Below, piece by piece: positions 14,601 through 29,600 of a DNA stretch of 64,000 bases; position 1 is the stretch's first letter, and each line of letters begins with the position of its first letter. Made by a program: the position numbers and the translations under genes. The notes below the pieces were generated by a model. It was not told the origin of the DNA. It saw nothing but the letters and a program-made list of their open reading frames with translations, and ran no database searches. Source of the stretch: the human T2T-CHM13v2.0 reference genome, Homo sapiens; the NCBI RefSeq assembly GCF_009914755.1, contig NC_060928.1. One strand, written 5' to 3'.

Positions 14601-17600
14601 AGGAAGGTTGAACTGTGTGAGTTGAATCCACACATCCCAAAAAAAGTTTCTGAGAATGCTTCTGTCAATTTTGTGCAGATATCCCGTTGGCAACGAATTC
14701 CTGAAAGAGCTCCAAATATCCTCAAGCAGATTCTGCAAAAGCAGGATTTCAAGACAGCTCTATCAAAAGGAAAGTTGAACTCTGTGAGTTGAGTTCACAC
14801 ATCCCTAAATGTTTCTGAGAATGCTTCTGTCTAGTTTATATGTGAAGATATTTCACTTTCCACCATGAGCCTCTAAGCGCTCCAAATGAACACTTGCAGA
14901 GTATGCAGAAAGAATGTTTCCAATCTTCTCTATCAAAGGAAAGATTCAACTCTGTGAGTTGAATGGACATATCACAAAGAACTGTCTGAGAATACTTCTG
15001 TCTAGCTTTTATGTGAAGATATTTCCTTTTCCACCGTAGGCTTCAAAGCGCTCCAAATGAACACTTGCAGATTCTACAAAAAGAATGCTTCTAAACTGCT
15101 GTATCAAGGAAAGCGTTCAACTCTGTGAGTTGAATGCACACATCCCAAAGCAGTTTCTGAGAATGCTTCTGTTTAGTTTTTATGTGAAGATATTTTGCTT
15201 TCCACCATAAGCCTTCAAAGCGCTCCAAAGGAACACTTGCAGATTATGCACAGAGAATGCCTCAAATCTGCTCTATCAAAAGAAAGGTTGGACTCTGTGA
15301 GTTCAATGGACACATCACAAAGCAGTTTCTGAGAATGCTTCTGTCCGGTTTTTCTGTGAAGATATTTCCTTTTGCACCCTAGGCTTCAAAGCGCTCCAAA
15401 TGAACACTTGCAGATTCTACAAAAAGAATGTTTCAAAACTGCTCTATCAAAGACGGAGTTCAACCCTTTGACTTCAATGAACACAACACAGAGCAGTTTC
15501 TGAGAATGCTTCTGTGTAGTTTTTATCCGAAGATATTTCCTTTTCCACCATAGGCCTCAAATCGCTCCAAATATCCACTTGTAGATCGTAAGAAAACACT
15601 GTTTCAAAACTGCTTTCTCAAAAGGAAGGTTCAACTCTTTGAGTTCAATGCGCACATCACAAGGAACTGTCTGAGCAAACTTCCGTCTAGTTTTTATGTG
15701 ACGATATTACCATTTCCACCGCAGGTTTCGAAGCGCTCCAAAAGAACACTTGCAGATACTGCAACAAGAATGTTTCACAACTGCTCTATCAAAGAAACCG
15801 TTCACCTCTGTGAGTTGAATGCACACATCCCAAAGCAGTTTCTGAGAATGCTTCTGTGTAGCTTCCATGTGAAGGTATCTCCTTTTCCACCATAGGCCTC
15901 GTATCGCTCCAAATATCCACTTGGGTGATAGTGCAAAAACACTGCTTCAGAACTGCTCTCCCAAAGGAAGGTTCAACTCTGTGAGTTGAATGCAGACATC
16001 ACAAAAAAGTTTCTGAGAATGCTTCCGTCCAGTTTGTATGTGCAGATACCCCGTTTACAACGAATTCCTCAAGAGCTCCAAATATCCTCAAGCAGATTCT
16101 ACAAAAGCAGTATTTCAAGACTGCTCTATCAAAAGGAAGGGTGAACTCTGTGAGTTGAATCCACACATCCCAAAAAAGTTTCTGAGAATAGTTGTGTCTA
16201 GTTTGTATGTGCGGACATCCCGTTTACAGCGAATTCCTCAAAGAGCTCCAAATGTCCTCAGGCAGATTCTGCAAAAGCAGTGCTGCAAAACTGCTCTATC
16301 AAAAGAAAGGTTGAACTCTGTGAGTTGAGTTCACACATCACAAAAATGTCTCTGACCATGTTCCTGTCTACCTTGTATGTGCAGATATCCCGTTTACAAC
16401 GAATTCCTCAAAGACCTACAAATATCCTCAAGCTGATTCTAGAAAAGGATGGTTTCAAAACTGATCTATCCAAAAAGACGTTCAACTCTGTGACTTGAAT
16501 GCACACAACACAAAATTTTCTGAGAATGCTTCTGTCTAGATTGTATGTGGAGATATCTCGTTTGCCACGAATTCCTCCAAGAGCTCCAAATATCCTCAAG
16601 CAGATTCTACCCAAGCAGGGTTTCAGGAATGCTCTATCAAAAGGAAGGTTGAATTCTGTGAGTTGAATCCACACATCACGAAAAAGTTTCTGCGAATGCT
16701 TCTGTCTAATTTGTATGTGCAGATATCCCGATTGCAACAAATTCCTCAAAGAGCTCCAAATATCCTGAAGCAGATTCTTCAAAAGCAGTATTTCAAGACT
16801 GCTCTATCAAAAGGAAGGTTGAACTGTGTGAGTTGAATCCACACATCCCAAAAAAAGTTTCTGAGAATGCTTCTGTCAATTTTGTGCAGATATCCCGTTG
16901 GCAACGAATTCCTGAAAGAGCTCCAAATATCCTCAAGCAGATTCTGCAAAAGCAGGATTTCAAGACAGCTCTATCAAAAGGAAAGTTGAACTCTGTGAGT
17001 TGAGTTCACACATCCCTAAATGTTTCTGAGAATGCTTCTGTCTAGTTTATATGTGAAGATATTTCACTTTCCACCATGAGCCTCTAAGCGCTCCAAATGA
17101 ACACTTGCAGAGTATGCAGAAAGAATGTTTCCAATCTTCTCTATCAAAGGAAAGATTCAACTCTGTGAGTTGAATGGACATATCACAAAGAACTGTCTGA
17201 GAATACTTCTGTCTAGCTTTTATGTGAAGATATTTCCTTTTCCACCGTAGGCTTCAAAGCGCTCCAAATGAACACTTGCAGATTCTACAAAAAGAATGCT
17301 TCTAAACTGCTGTATCAAAGAAAGCGTTCAACTCTGTGAGTTGAATGCACACATCCCAAAGCAGTTTCTGAGAATGCTTCTGTTTAGTTTTTATGTGAAG
17401 ATATTTTGCTTTCCACCATAAGCCTTCAAAGCGCTCCAAAGGAACACTTGCAGATTATGCACAGAGAATGCCTCAAATCTGCTCTATCAAAAGAAAGGTT
17501 GGACTCTGTGAGTTCAATGGACACATCACAAAGCAGTTTCTGAGAATGCTTCTGTCCGGTTTTTCTGTGAAGATATTTCCTTTTGCACCCTAGGCTTCAA

Positions 17601-20600
17601 AGCGCTCCAAATGAACACTTGCAGATTCTACAAAAAGAATGTTTCAAAACTGCTCTATCAAAGACGGAGTTCAACCCTTTGACTTCAATGAACACAACAC
17701 AGAGCAGTTTCTGAGAATGCTTCTGTGTAGTTTTTATCCGAAGATATTTCCTTTTCCACCATAGGCCTCAAATCGCTCCAAATATCCACTTGTAGATCGT
17801 AAGAAAACACTGTTTCAAAACTGCTTTCTCAAAAGGAAGGTTCAACTCTTTGAGTTCAATGCGCACATCACAAGGAACTGTCTGAGCAAACTTCCGTCTA
17901 GTTTTTATGTGACGATATTACCATTTCCACCGCAGGTTTCGAAGCGCTCCAAAAGAACACTTGCAGATACTGCAACAAGAATGTTTCACAACTGCTCTAT
18001 CAAAGAAACCGTTCACCTCTGTGAGTTGAATGCACACATCCCAAAGCAGTTTCTGAGAATGCTTCTGTGTAGCTTCCATGTGAAGGTATCTCCTTTTCCA
18101 CCATAGGCCTCGTATCGCTCCAAATATCCACTTGGGTGATAGTGCAAAAACACTGCTTCAGAACTGCTCTCCCAAAGGAAGGTTCAACTCTGTGAGTTGC
18201 ATGCAGACATCACAAAAAAGTTTCTGAGAATGCTTCCGTCCAGTTTGTATGTGCAGATACCCCGTTTACAACGAATTCCTCAAGAGCTCCAAATATCCTC
18301 AAGCAGATTCTACAAAAGCAGTATTTCAAGACTGCTCTATCAAAAGGAAGGGTGAACTCTGTGAGTTGAATCCACACATCCCAAAAAAGTTTCTGAGAAT
18401 AGTTGTGTCTAGTTTGTATGTGCGGACATCCCGTTTACAGCGAATTCCTCAAAGAGCTCCAAATGTCCTCAGGCAGATTCTGCAAAAGCAGTGCTGCAAA
18501 ACTGCTCTATCAAAAGAAAGGTTGAACTCTGTGAGTTGAGTTCACACATCACAAAAATGTCTCTGACCATGTTCCTGTCTACCTTGTATGTGCAGATATC
18601 CCGTTTACAATGAATTCCTCAAAGACCTACAAATATCCTCAAGCTGATTCTAGAAAAGGATGGTTTCAAAACTGATCTATCCAAAAAGACCTTCAACTCT
18701 GTGACTTGAATGCACACAACACAAAATTTTCTGAGAATGCTTCTGTCTAGATTGTATGTGGAGATATCTCGTTTGCCACGAATTCCTCCAAGAGCTCCAA
18801 ATATCCTCAAGCAGATTCTACCCAAGCAGGGTTTCAGGAATGCTCTATCAAAAGGAAGGTTGAATTCTGTGAGTTGAATCCACACATCACGAAAAAGTTT
18901 CTGGGAATGCTTCTGTCTAATTTGTATGTGCAGATATCCCGATTGCAACGAATTCCTCAAAGAGCTCCAAATATCCTGAAGCAGATTCTTCAAAAGCAGT
19001 ATTTCAAGACTGCTCTATCAAAAGGAAGGTTGAACTGTGTGAGTTGAATCCACACATCCCAAAAAAAGTTTCTGAGAATGCTTCTGTCAATTTTGTGCAG
19101 ATATCCCGTTGGCAACGAATTCCTGAAAGAGCTCCAAATATCCTCAAGCAGATTCTGCAAAAGCAGGATTTCAAGACAGCTATATCAAAAGGAAAGTTGA
19201 ACTCTGTGAGTTGAGTTCACACATCCCTAAATGTTTCTCAGAATGCTTCTGTCTAGTTTATATGTGAAGATATTTCACTTTCCACCATGAGCCTCTAAGC
19301 GCTCCAAATGAACACTTGCAGAGTATGCAGAAAGAATGTTTCCAATCTTCTCTATCAAAGGAAAGATTCAACTCTGTGAGTTGAATGGACATATCACAAA
19401 GAACTGTCTGAGAATACTTCTGTCTAGCTTTTATGTGAAGATATTTCCTTTTCCACCGTAGGCTTCAAAGCGCTCCAAATGAACACTTGCAGATTCTACA
19501 AAAAGAATGCTTCTAAACTGCTGTATCAAGGAAAGCGTTCAACCCTGTGAGTTGAATGCACACATCCCAAAGCAGTTTCTGAGAATGCTTCTGTTTAGTT
19601 TTTATGTGAAGATATTTTGCTTTCCACCATAAGCCTTCAAAGCGCTCCAAAGGAACACTTGCAGATTATGCACAGAGAATGCCTCAAATCTGCTCTATCA
19701 AAAGAAAGGTTGGACTCTGTGAGTTCAATGGACACATCACAAAGCAGTTTCTGAGAATGCTTCTGTCCGGTTTTTCTGTGAAGATATTTCCTTTTGCACC
19801 CTAGGCTTCAAAGCGCTCCAAATGAACACTTGCAGATTCTACAAAAAGAATGTTTCAAAACTGCTCTATCAAAGACGGAGTTCAACCCTTTGACTTCAAT
19901 GAACACAACACAGAGCAGTTTCTGAGAATGCTTCTGTGTAGTTTTTATCCGAAGATATTTCCTTTTCCACCATAGGCCTCAAATCGCTCCAAATATCCAC
20001 TTGTAGATCGTAAGAAAACACTGTTTCAAAACTGCTTTCTCAAAAGGAAGGTTCAACTCTTTGAGTTCAATGCGCACATCACAAGGAACTGTCTGAGCAA
20101 ACTTCCGTCTAGTTTTTATGTGACGATATTACCATTTCCACCGCAGGTTTCGAAGCGCTCCAAAAGAACACTTGCAGATACTGCAACAAGAATGTTTCAC
20201 AACTGCTCTATCAAAGAAAGCGTTCACCTCTGTGAGTTGAATGCACACATCCCAAAGCAGTTTCTGAGAATGCTTCTGTGTAGCTTCCATGTGAAGGTAT
20301 CTCCTTTTCCACCATAGGCCTCGTATCGCTCCAAATATCCACTTGGGTGATAGTGCAAAAACACTGCTTCAGAACTGCTCTCCCAAAGGAAGGTTCAACT
20401 CTGTGAGTTGAATGCAGACATCACAAAAAAGTTTCTGAGAATGCTTCCGTCCAGTTTGTATGTGCAGATACCCCGTTTACAACGAATTCCTCAAGAGCTC
20501 CAAATATCCTCAAGCAGATTCTACAAAAGCAGTATTTCAAGACTGCTCTATCAAAAGGAAGGGTGAACTCTGTGAGTTGAATCCACACATCCCAAAAAAG

Positions 20601-23600
20601 TTTCTGAGAATAGTTGTGTCTAGTTTGTATGTGCGGACATCCCGTTTACAGCGAATTCCTCAAAGAGCTCCAAATGTCCTCAGGCAGATTCTGCAAAAGC
20701 AGTGCTGCAAAACTGCTCTATCAAAAGAAAGGTTGAACTCTGTGAGTTGAGTTCACACATCACAAAAATGTCTCTGACCATGTTCCTGTCTACCTTGTAT
20801 GTGCAGATATCCCGTTTACAACGAATTCCTCAAAGACCTACAAATATCCTCAAGCTGATTCTAGAAAAGGATGGTTTCAAAACTGATCTATCCAAAAAGA
20901 CGTTCAACTCTGTGACTTGAATGCACACAACACAAAATTTTCTGAGAATGCTTCTGTCTAGATTGTATGTGGAGATATCTCGTTTGCCACGAATTCCTCC
21001 AAGAGCTCCAAATATCCTCAAGCAGATTCTACCCAAGCAGGGTTTCAGGAATGCTCTATCAAAAGGAAGGTTGAATTCTGTGAGTTGAATCCACACATCA
21101 CGAAAAAGTTTCTGGGAATGCTTCTGTCTAATTTGTATGTGCAGATATCCCGATTGCAACGAATTCCTCAAAGAGCTCCAAATATCCTGAAGCAGATTCT
21201 TCAAAAGCAGTATTTCAAGACTGCTCTATCAAAAGGAAGGTTGAACTGTGTGAGTTGAATCCACACATCCCAAAAAAAGTTTCTGAGAATGCTTCTGTCA
21301 ATTTTGTGCAGATATCCCGTTGGCAACGAATTCCTGAAAGAGCTCCAAATATCCTCAAGCAGATTCTGCAAAAGCAGGATTTCAAGACAGCTCTATCAAA
21401 AGGAAAGTTGAACTCTGTGAGTTGAGTTCACACATCCCTAAATGTTTCTCAGAATGCTTCTGTCTAGTTTATATGTGAAGATATTTCACTTTCCACCATG
21501 AGCCTCTAAGCGCTCCAAATGAACACTTGCAGAGTATGCAGAAAGAATGTTTCCAATCTTCTCTATCAAAGGAAAGATTCAACTCTGTGAGTTGAATGGA
21601 CATATCACAAAGAACTGTCTGAGAATACTTCTGTCTAGCTTTTATGTGAAGATATTTCCTTTTCCACCGTAGGCTTCAAAGCGCTCCAAATGAACACTTG
21701 CAGATTCTACAAAAAGAATGCTTCTAAACTGCTGTATCAAGGAAAGCGTTCAACTCTGTGAGTTGAATGCACACATCCCAAAGCAGTTTCTGAGAATGCT
21801 TCTGTTTAGTTTTTATGTGAAGATATTTTGCTTTCCACCATAAGCCTTCAAAGCGCTCCAAAGGAACACTTGCAGATTATGCACAGAGAATGCCTCAAAT
21901 CTGCTCTATCAAAAGAAAGGTTGGACTCTGTGAGTTCAATGGACACATCACAAAGCAGTTTCTGAGAATGCTTCTGTCCGGTTTTTCTGTGAAGATATTT
22001 CCTTTTGCACCCTAGGCTTCAAAGCGCTCCAAATGAACACTTGCAGATTCTACAAAAAGAATGTTTCAAAACTGCTCTATCAAAGACGGAGTTCAACCCT
22101 TTGACTTCAATGAACACAACACAGAGCAGTTTCTGAGAATGCTTCTGTGTAGTTTTTATCCGAAGATATTTCCTTTTCCACCATAGGCCTCAAATCGCTC
22201 CAAATATCCACTTGTAGATCGTAAGAAAACACTGTTTCAAAACTGCTTTCTCAAAAGGAAGGTTCAACTCTTTGAGTTCAATGCGCACATCACAAGGAAC
22301 TGTCTGAGCAAACTTCCGTCTAGTTTTTATGTGACGATATTACCATTTCCACCGCAGGTTTCGAAGCGCTCCAAAAGAACACTTGCAGATACTGCAACAA
22401 GAATGTTTCACAACTGCTCTATCAAAGAAACCGTTCACCTCTGTGAGTTGAATGCACACATCCCAAAGCAGTTTCTGAGAATGCTTCTGTGTAGCTTCCA
22501 TGTGAAGGTATCTCCTTTTCCACCATAGGCCTCGTATCGCTCCAAATATCCACTTGGGTGATAGTGCAAAAACACTGCTTCAGAACTGCTCTCTCAAAGG
22601 AAGGTTCAACTCTGTGAGTTGAATGCAGACATCACAAAAAAGTTTCTGAAAATGCTTCCGTCCAGTTTGTATGTGCAGATACCCCGTTTACAACGAATTC
22701 CTCAAGAGCTCCAAATATCCTCAAGCAGATTCTACAAAAGCAGTATTTCAAGACTGCTCTATCAAAAGGAAGGGTGAACTCTGTGAGTTGAATCCACACA
22801 TCCCAAAAAAGTTTCTGAGAATAGTTGTGTCTAGTTTGTATGTGCGGACATCCCGTTTACAGCGAATTCCTCAAAGAGCTCCAAATGTCCTCAGGCAGAT
22901 TCTGCAAAAGCAGTGCTGCAAAACTGCTCTATCAAAAGAAAGGTTGAACTCTGTGAGTTGAGTTCACACATCACAAAAATGTCTCTGACCATGTTCCTGT
23001 CTACCTTGTATGTGCAGATATCCCGTTTACAACGAATTCCTCAAAGACCTACAAATATCCTCAAGCTGATTCTAGAAAAGGATGGTTTCAAAACTGATCT
23101 ATCCAAAAAGACGTTCAACTCTGTGACTTGAATGCATACAACACAAAATTTTCTGAGAATGCTTCTGTCTAGATTGTATGTGGAGATATCTCGTTTGCCA
23201 CGAATTCCTCCAAGAGCTCCAAATATCCTCAAGCAGATTCTACCCAAGCAGGGTTTCAGGAATGCTCTATCAAAAGGAAGGTTGAATTCTGTGAGTTGAA
23301 TCCACACATCACGAAAAAGTTTCTGGGAATGCTTCTGTCTAATTTGTATGTGCAGATATCCCGATTGCAACGAATTCCTCAAAGAGCTCCAAATATCCTG
23401 AAGCAGATTCTTCAAAAGCAGTATTTCAAGACTGCTCTATCAAAAGGAAGGTTGAACTGTGTGAGTTGAATCCACACGTCCCAAAAAAAGTTTCTGAGAA
23501 TGCTTCTGTCAATTTTGTGCAGATATCCCGTTGGCAACGAATTCCTGAAAGAGCTCCAAATATCCTCAAGCAGATTCTGCAAAAGCAGGATTTCAAGACA

Positions 23601-26600
23601 GCTCTATCAAAAGGAAAGTTGAACTCTGTGAGTTGAGTTCACACATCCCTAAATGTTTCTGAGAATGCTTCTGTCTAGTTTATATGTGAAGATATTTCAC
23701 TTTCCACCATGAGCCTCTAAGCGCTCCAAATGAACACTTGCAGAGTATGCAGAAAGAATGTTTCCAATCTTCTCTATCAAAGGAAAGATTCAACTCTGTG
23801 AGTTGAATGGACATATCACAAAGAACTGTCTGAGAATACTTCTGTCTAGCTTTTATGTGAAGATATTTCCTTTTCCACCGTAGGCTTCAAAGCGCTCCAA
23901 ATGAACACTTGCAGATTCTACAAAAAGAATGCTTCTAAACTGCTGTATCAAGGAAAGCGTTCAACTCTGTGAGTTGAATGCACACATCCCAAAGCAGTTT
24001 CTGAGAATGCTTCTGTTTAGTTTTTATGTGAAGATATTTTGCTTTCCACCATAAGCCTTCAAAGCGCTCCAAAGGAACACTTGCAGATTATGCACAGAGA
24101 ATGCCTCAAATCTGCTCTATCAAAAGAAAGGTTGGACTCTGTGAGTTCAATGGACACATCACAAAGCAGTTTCTGAGAATGCTTCTGTCCGGTTTTTCTG
24201 TGAAGATATTTCCTTTTGCACCCTAGGCTTCAAAGCGCTCCAAATGAACACTTGCAGATTCTACAAAAAGAATGTTTCAAAACTGCTCTATCAAAGACGG
24301 AGTTCAACCCTTTGACTTCAATGAACACAACACAGAGCAGTTTCTGAGAATGCTTCTGTGTAGTTTTTATCCGAAGATATTTCCTTTTCCACCATAGGCC
24401 TCAAATCGCTCCAAATATCCACTTGTAGATCGTAAGAAAACACTGTTTCAAAACTGCTTTCTCAAAAGGAAGGTTCAACTCTTTGAGTTCAATGCGCACA
24501 TCACAAGGAACTGTCTGAGCAAACTTCCGTCTAGTTTTTATGTGACGATATTACCATTTCCACCGCAGGTTTCGAAGCGCTCCAAAAGAACACTTGCAGA
24601 TACTGCAACAAGAATGTTTCACAACTGCTCTATCAAAGAAAGCGTTCACCTCTGTGAGTTGAATGCACACATCCCAAAGCAGTTTCTGAGAATGCTTCTG
24701 TGTAGCTTCCATGTGAAGGTATCTCCTTTTCCACCATAGGCCTCGTATCACTCCAAATATCCACTTGGGTGATAGTGCAAAAACACTGCTTCAGAACTGC
24801 TCTCTCAAAGGAAGGTTCAACTCTGTGAGTTGAATGCAGACATCACAAAAAAGTTTCTGAGAATGCTTCCGTCCAGTTTGTATGTGCAGATACCCCGTTT
24901 ACAACGAATTCCTCAAGAGCTCCAAATATCCTCAAGCAGATTCTACAAAAGCAGTATTTCAAGACTGCTCTATCAAAAGGAAGGGTGAACTCTGTGAGTT
25001 GAATCCACACATCCCAAAAAAGTTTCTGAGAATAGTTGTGTCTAGTTTGTATGTGCGGACATCCCGTTTACAGCGAATTCCTCAAAGAGCTCCAAATGTC
25101 CTCAGGCAGATTCTGCAAAAGCAGTGCTGCAAAACTGCTCTATCAAAAGAAAGGTTGAACTCTGTGAGTTGAGTTCACACATCACAAAAATGTCTCTGAC
25201 CATGTTCCTGTCTACCTTGTATGTGCAGATATCCCGTTTACAACGAATTCCTCAAAGACCTACAAATATCCTCAAGCTGATTCTAGAAAAGGATGGTTTC
25301 AAAACTGATCTATCCAAAAACACGTTCAACTCTGTGACTTGAATGCATACAACACAAAATTTTCTGAGAATGCTTCTGTCTAGATTGTATGTGGAGATAT
25401 CTCGTTTGCCACGAATTCCTCCAAGAGCTCCAAATATCCTCAAGCAGATTCTACCCAAGCAGGGTTTCAGGAATGCTCTATCAAAAGGAAGGTTGAATTC
25501 TGTGAGTTGAATCCACACATCACGAAAAAGTTTCTGGGAATGCTTCTGTCTAATTTGTATGTGCAGATATCCCGATTGCAACGAATTCCTCAAAGAGCTC
25601 CAAATATCCTGAAGCAGATTCTTCAAAAGCAGTATTTCAAGACTGCTCTATCAAAAGGAAGGTTGAACTGTGTGAGTTGAATCCACACATCCCAAAAAAA
25701 GTTTCTGAGAATGCTTCTGTCAATTTTGTGCAGATATCCCGTTGGCAACGAATTCCTGAAAGAGCTCCAAATATCCTCAAGCAGATTCTGCAAAAGCAGG
25801 ATTTCAAGACAGCTCTATCAAAAGGAAAGTTGAACTCTGTGAGTTGAGTTCACACATCCCTAAATGTTTCTGAGAATGCTTCTGTCTAGTTTATATGTGA
25901 AGATATTTCACTTTCCACCATGAGCCTCTAAGCGCTCCAAATGAACACTTGCAGAGTATGCAGAAAGAATGTTTCCAATCTTCTCTATCAAAGGAAAGAT
26001 TCAACTCTGTGAGTTGAATGGACATATCACAAAGAACTGTCTGAGAATACTTCTGTCTAGCTTTTATGTGAAGATATTTCCTTTTCCACCGTAGGCTTCA
26101 AAGCGCTCCAAATGAACACTTGCAGATTCTACAAAAAGAATGCTTCTAAACTGCTGTATCAAGGAAAGCGTTCAACTCTGTGAGTTGAATGCACACATCC
26201 CAAAGCAGTTTCTGAGAATGCTTCTGTTTAGTTTTTATGTGAAGATATTTTGCTTTCCACCATAAGCCTTCAAAGCGCTCCAAAGGAACACTTGCAGATT
26301 ATGCACAGAGAATGCCTCAAATCTGCTCTATCAAAAGAAAGGTTGGACTCTGTGAGTTCAATGGACACATCACAAAGCAGTTTCTGAGAATGCTTCTGTC
26401 CGGTTTTTCTGTGAAGATATTTCCTTTTGCACCCTAGGCTTCAAAGCGCTCCAAATGAACACTTGCAGATTCTACAAAAAGAATGTTTCAAAACTGCTCT
26501 ATCAAAGACGGAGTTCAACCCTTTGACTTCAATGAACACAACACAGAGCAGTTTCTGAGAATGCTTCTGTGTAGTTTTTATCCGAAGATATTTCCTTTTC

Positions 26601-29600
26601 CACCATAGGCCTCAAATCGCTCCAAATATCCACTTGTAGATCGTAAGAAAACACTGTTTCAAAACTGCTTTCTCAAAAGGAAGGTTCAACTCTTTGAGTT
26701 CAATGCGCACATCACAAGGAACTGTCTGAGCAAACTTCCGTCTAGTTTTTATGTGACGATATTACCATTTCCACCGCAGGTTTCGAAGCGCTCCAAAAGA
26801 ACACTTGCAGATACTGCAACAAGAATGTTTCACAACTGCTCTATCAAAGAAAGCGTTCACCTCTGTGAGTTGAATGCACACATCCCAAAGCAGTTTCTGA
26901 GAATGCTTCTGTGTAGCTTCCATGTGAAGGTATCTCCTTTTCCACCATAGGCCTCGTATCGCTCCAAATATCCACTTGGGTGATAGTGCAAAAACACTGC
27001 TTCAGAACTGCTCTCCCAAAGGAAGGTTCAACTCTGTGAGTTGAATGCAGACATCACAAAAAAGTTTCTGAGAATGCTTCCGTCCAGTTTGTATGTGCAG
27101 ATACCCCGTTTACAACGAATTCCTCAAGAGCTCCAAATATCCTCAAGCAGATTCTACAAAAGCAGTATTTCAAGACTGCTCTATCAAAAGGAAGGGTGAA
27201 CTCTGTGAGTTGAATCCACACATCCCAAAAAAGTTTCTGAGAATAGTTGTGTCTAGTTTGTATGTGCGGACATCCCGTTTACAGCGAATTCCTCAAAGAG
27301 CTCCAAATGTCCTCAGGCAGATTCTGCAAAAGCAGTGCTGCAAAACTGCTCTATCGAAAGAAAGGTTGAACTCTGTGAGTTGAGTTCACACATCACAAAA
27401 AAGTCTCTGACCATGTTCCTGTCTACCTTGTATGTGCAGATATCCCGTTTACAACGAATTCCTCAAAGACCTACAAATATCCTCAAGCTGATTCTAGAAA
27501 AGGATGGTTTCAAAACTGATCTATCCAAAAAGACGTTCAACTCTGTGACTTGAATGCACACAACACAAAATTTTCTGAGAATGCTTCTGTCTAGATTGTA
27601 TGTGGAGATATCTCGTTTGCCACGAATTCCTCCAAGAGCTCCAAATATCCTCAAGCAGATTCTACCCAAGCAGGGTTTCAGGAATGCTCTATCAAAAGGA
27701 AGGTTGAATTCTGTGAGTTGAATCCACACATCACGAAAAAGTTTCTGGGAATGCTTCTGTCTAATTTGTATGTGCAGATATCCCGATTGCAACGAATTCC
27801 TCAAAGAGCTCCAAATATCCTGAAGCAGATTCTTCAAAAGCAGTATTTCAAGACTGCTCTATCAAAAGGAAGGTTGAACTGTGTGAGTTGAATCCACACG
27901 TCCCAAAAAAAGTTTCTGAGAATGCTTCTGTCAATTTTGTGCAGATATCCCGTTGGCAACGAATTCCTGAAAGAGCTCCAAATATCCTCAAGCAGATTCT
28001 GCAAAAGCAGGATTTCAAGACAGCTCTATCAAAAGGAAAGTTGAACTCTGTGAGTTGAGTTCACACATCCCTAAATGTTTCTGAGAATGCTTCTGTCTAG
28101 TTTATATGTGAAGATATTTCACTTTCCACCATGAGCCTCTAAGCGCTCCAAATGAACACTTGCAGAGTATGCAGAAAGAATGTTTCCAATCTTCTCTATC
28201 AAAGGAAAGATTCAACTCTGTGAGTTGAATGGACATATCACAAAGAACTGTCTGAGAATACTTCTGTCTAGCTTTTATGTGAAGATATTTCCTTTTCCAC
28301 CGTAGGCTTCAAAGCGCTCCAAATGAACACTTGCAGATTCTACAAAAAGAATGCTTCTAAACTGCTGTATCAAGGAAAGCGTTCAACTCTGTGAGTTGAA
28401 TGCACACATCCCAAAGCAGTTTCTGAGAATGCTTCTGTTTAGTTTTTATGTGAAGATATTTTGCTTTCCACCATAAGCCTTCAAAGCGCTCCAAAGGAAC
28501 ACTTGCAGATTATGCACAGAGAATGCCTCAAATCTGCTCTATCAAAAGAAAGGTTGGACTCTGTGAGTTCAATGGACACATCACAAAGCAGTTTCTGAGA
28601 ATGCTTCTGTCCGGTTTTTCTGTGAAGATATTTCCTTTTGCACCCTAGGCTTCAAAGCGCTCCAAATGAACACTTGCAGATTCTACAAAAAGAATGTTTC
28701 AAAACTGCTCTATCAAAGACGGAGTTCAACCCTTTGACTTCAATGAACACAACACAGAGCAGTTTCTGAGAATGCTTCTGTGTAGTTTTTATCCGAAGAT
28801 ATTTCCTTTTCCACCATAGGCCTCAAATCGCTCCAAATATCCACTTGTAGATCGTAAGAAAACACTGTTTCAAAACTGCTTTCTCAAAAGGAAGGTTCAA
28901 CTCTTTGAGTTCAATGCGCACATCACAAGGAACTGTCTGAGCAAACTTCCGTCTAGTTTTTATGTGACGATATTACCATTTCCACCGCAGGTTTCGACGC
29001 GCTCCAAAAGAACACTTGCAGATACTGCAACAAGAATGTTTCACAACTGCTCTATCAAAGAAAGCGTTCACCTCTGTGAGTTGAATGCACACATCCCAAA
29101 GCAGTTTCTGAGAATGCTTCTGTGTAGCTTCCATGTGAAGGTATCTCCTTTTCCACCATAGGCCTCGTATCGCTCCAAATATCCACTTGGGTGATAGTGC
29201 AAAAACACTGCTTCAGAACTGCTCTCCCAAAGGAAGGTTCAACTCTGTGAGTTGAATGCAGACATCACAAAAAAGTTTCTGAGAATGCTTCCGTCCAGTT
29301 TGTATGTGCAGATACCCCGTTTACAACGAATTCCTCAAGAGCTCCAAATATCCTCAAGCAGATTCTACAAAAGCAGTATTTCAAGACTGCTCTATCAAAA
29401 GGAAGGGTGAACTCTGTGAGTTGAATCCACACATCCCAAAAAAGTTTCTGAGAATAGTTGTGTCTAGTTTGTATGTGCGGACATCCCGTTTACAGCGAAT
29501 TCCTCAAAGAGCTCCAAATGTCCTCAGGCAGATTCTGCAAAAGCAGTGCTGCAAAACTGCTCTATCGAAAGAAAGGTTGAACTCTGTGAGTTGAGTTCAC

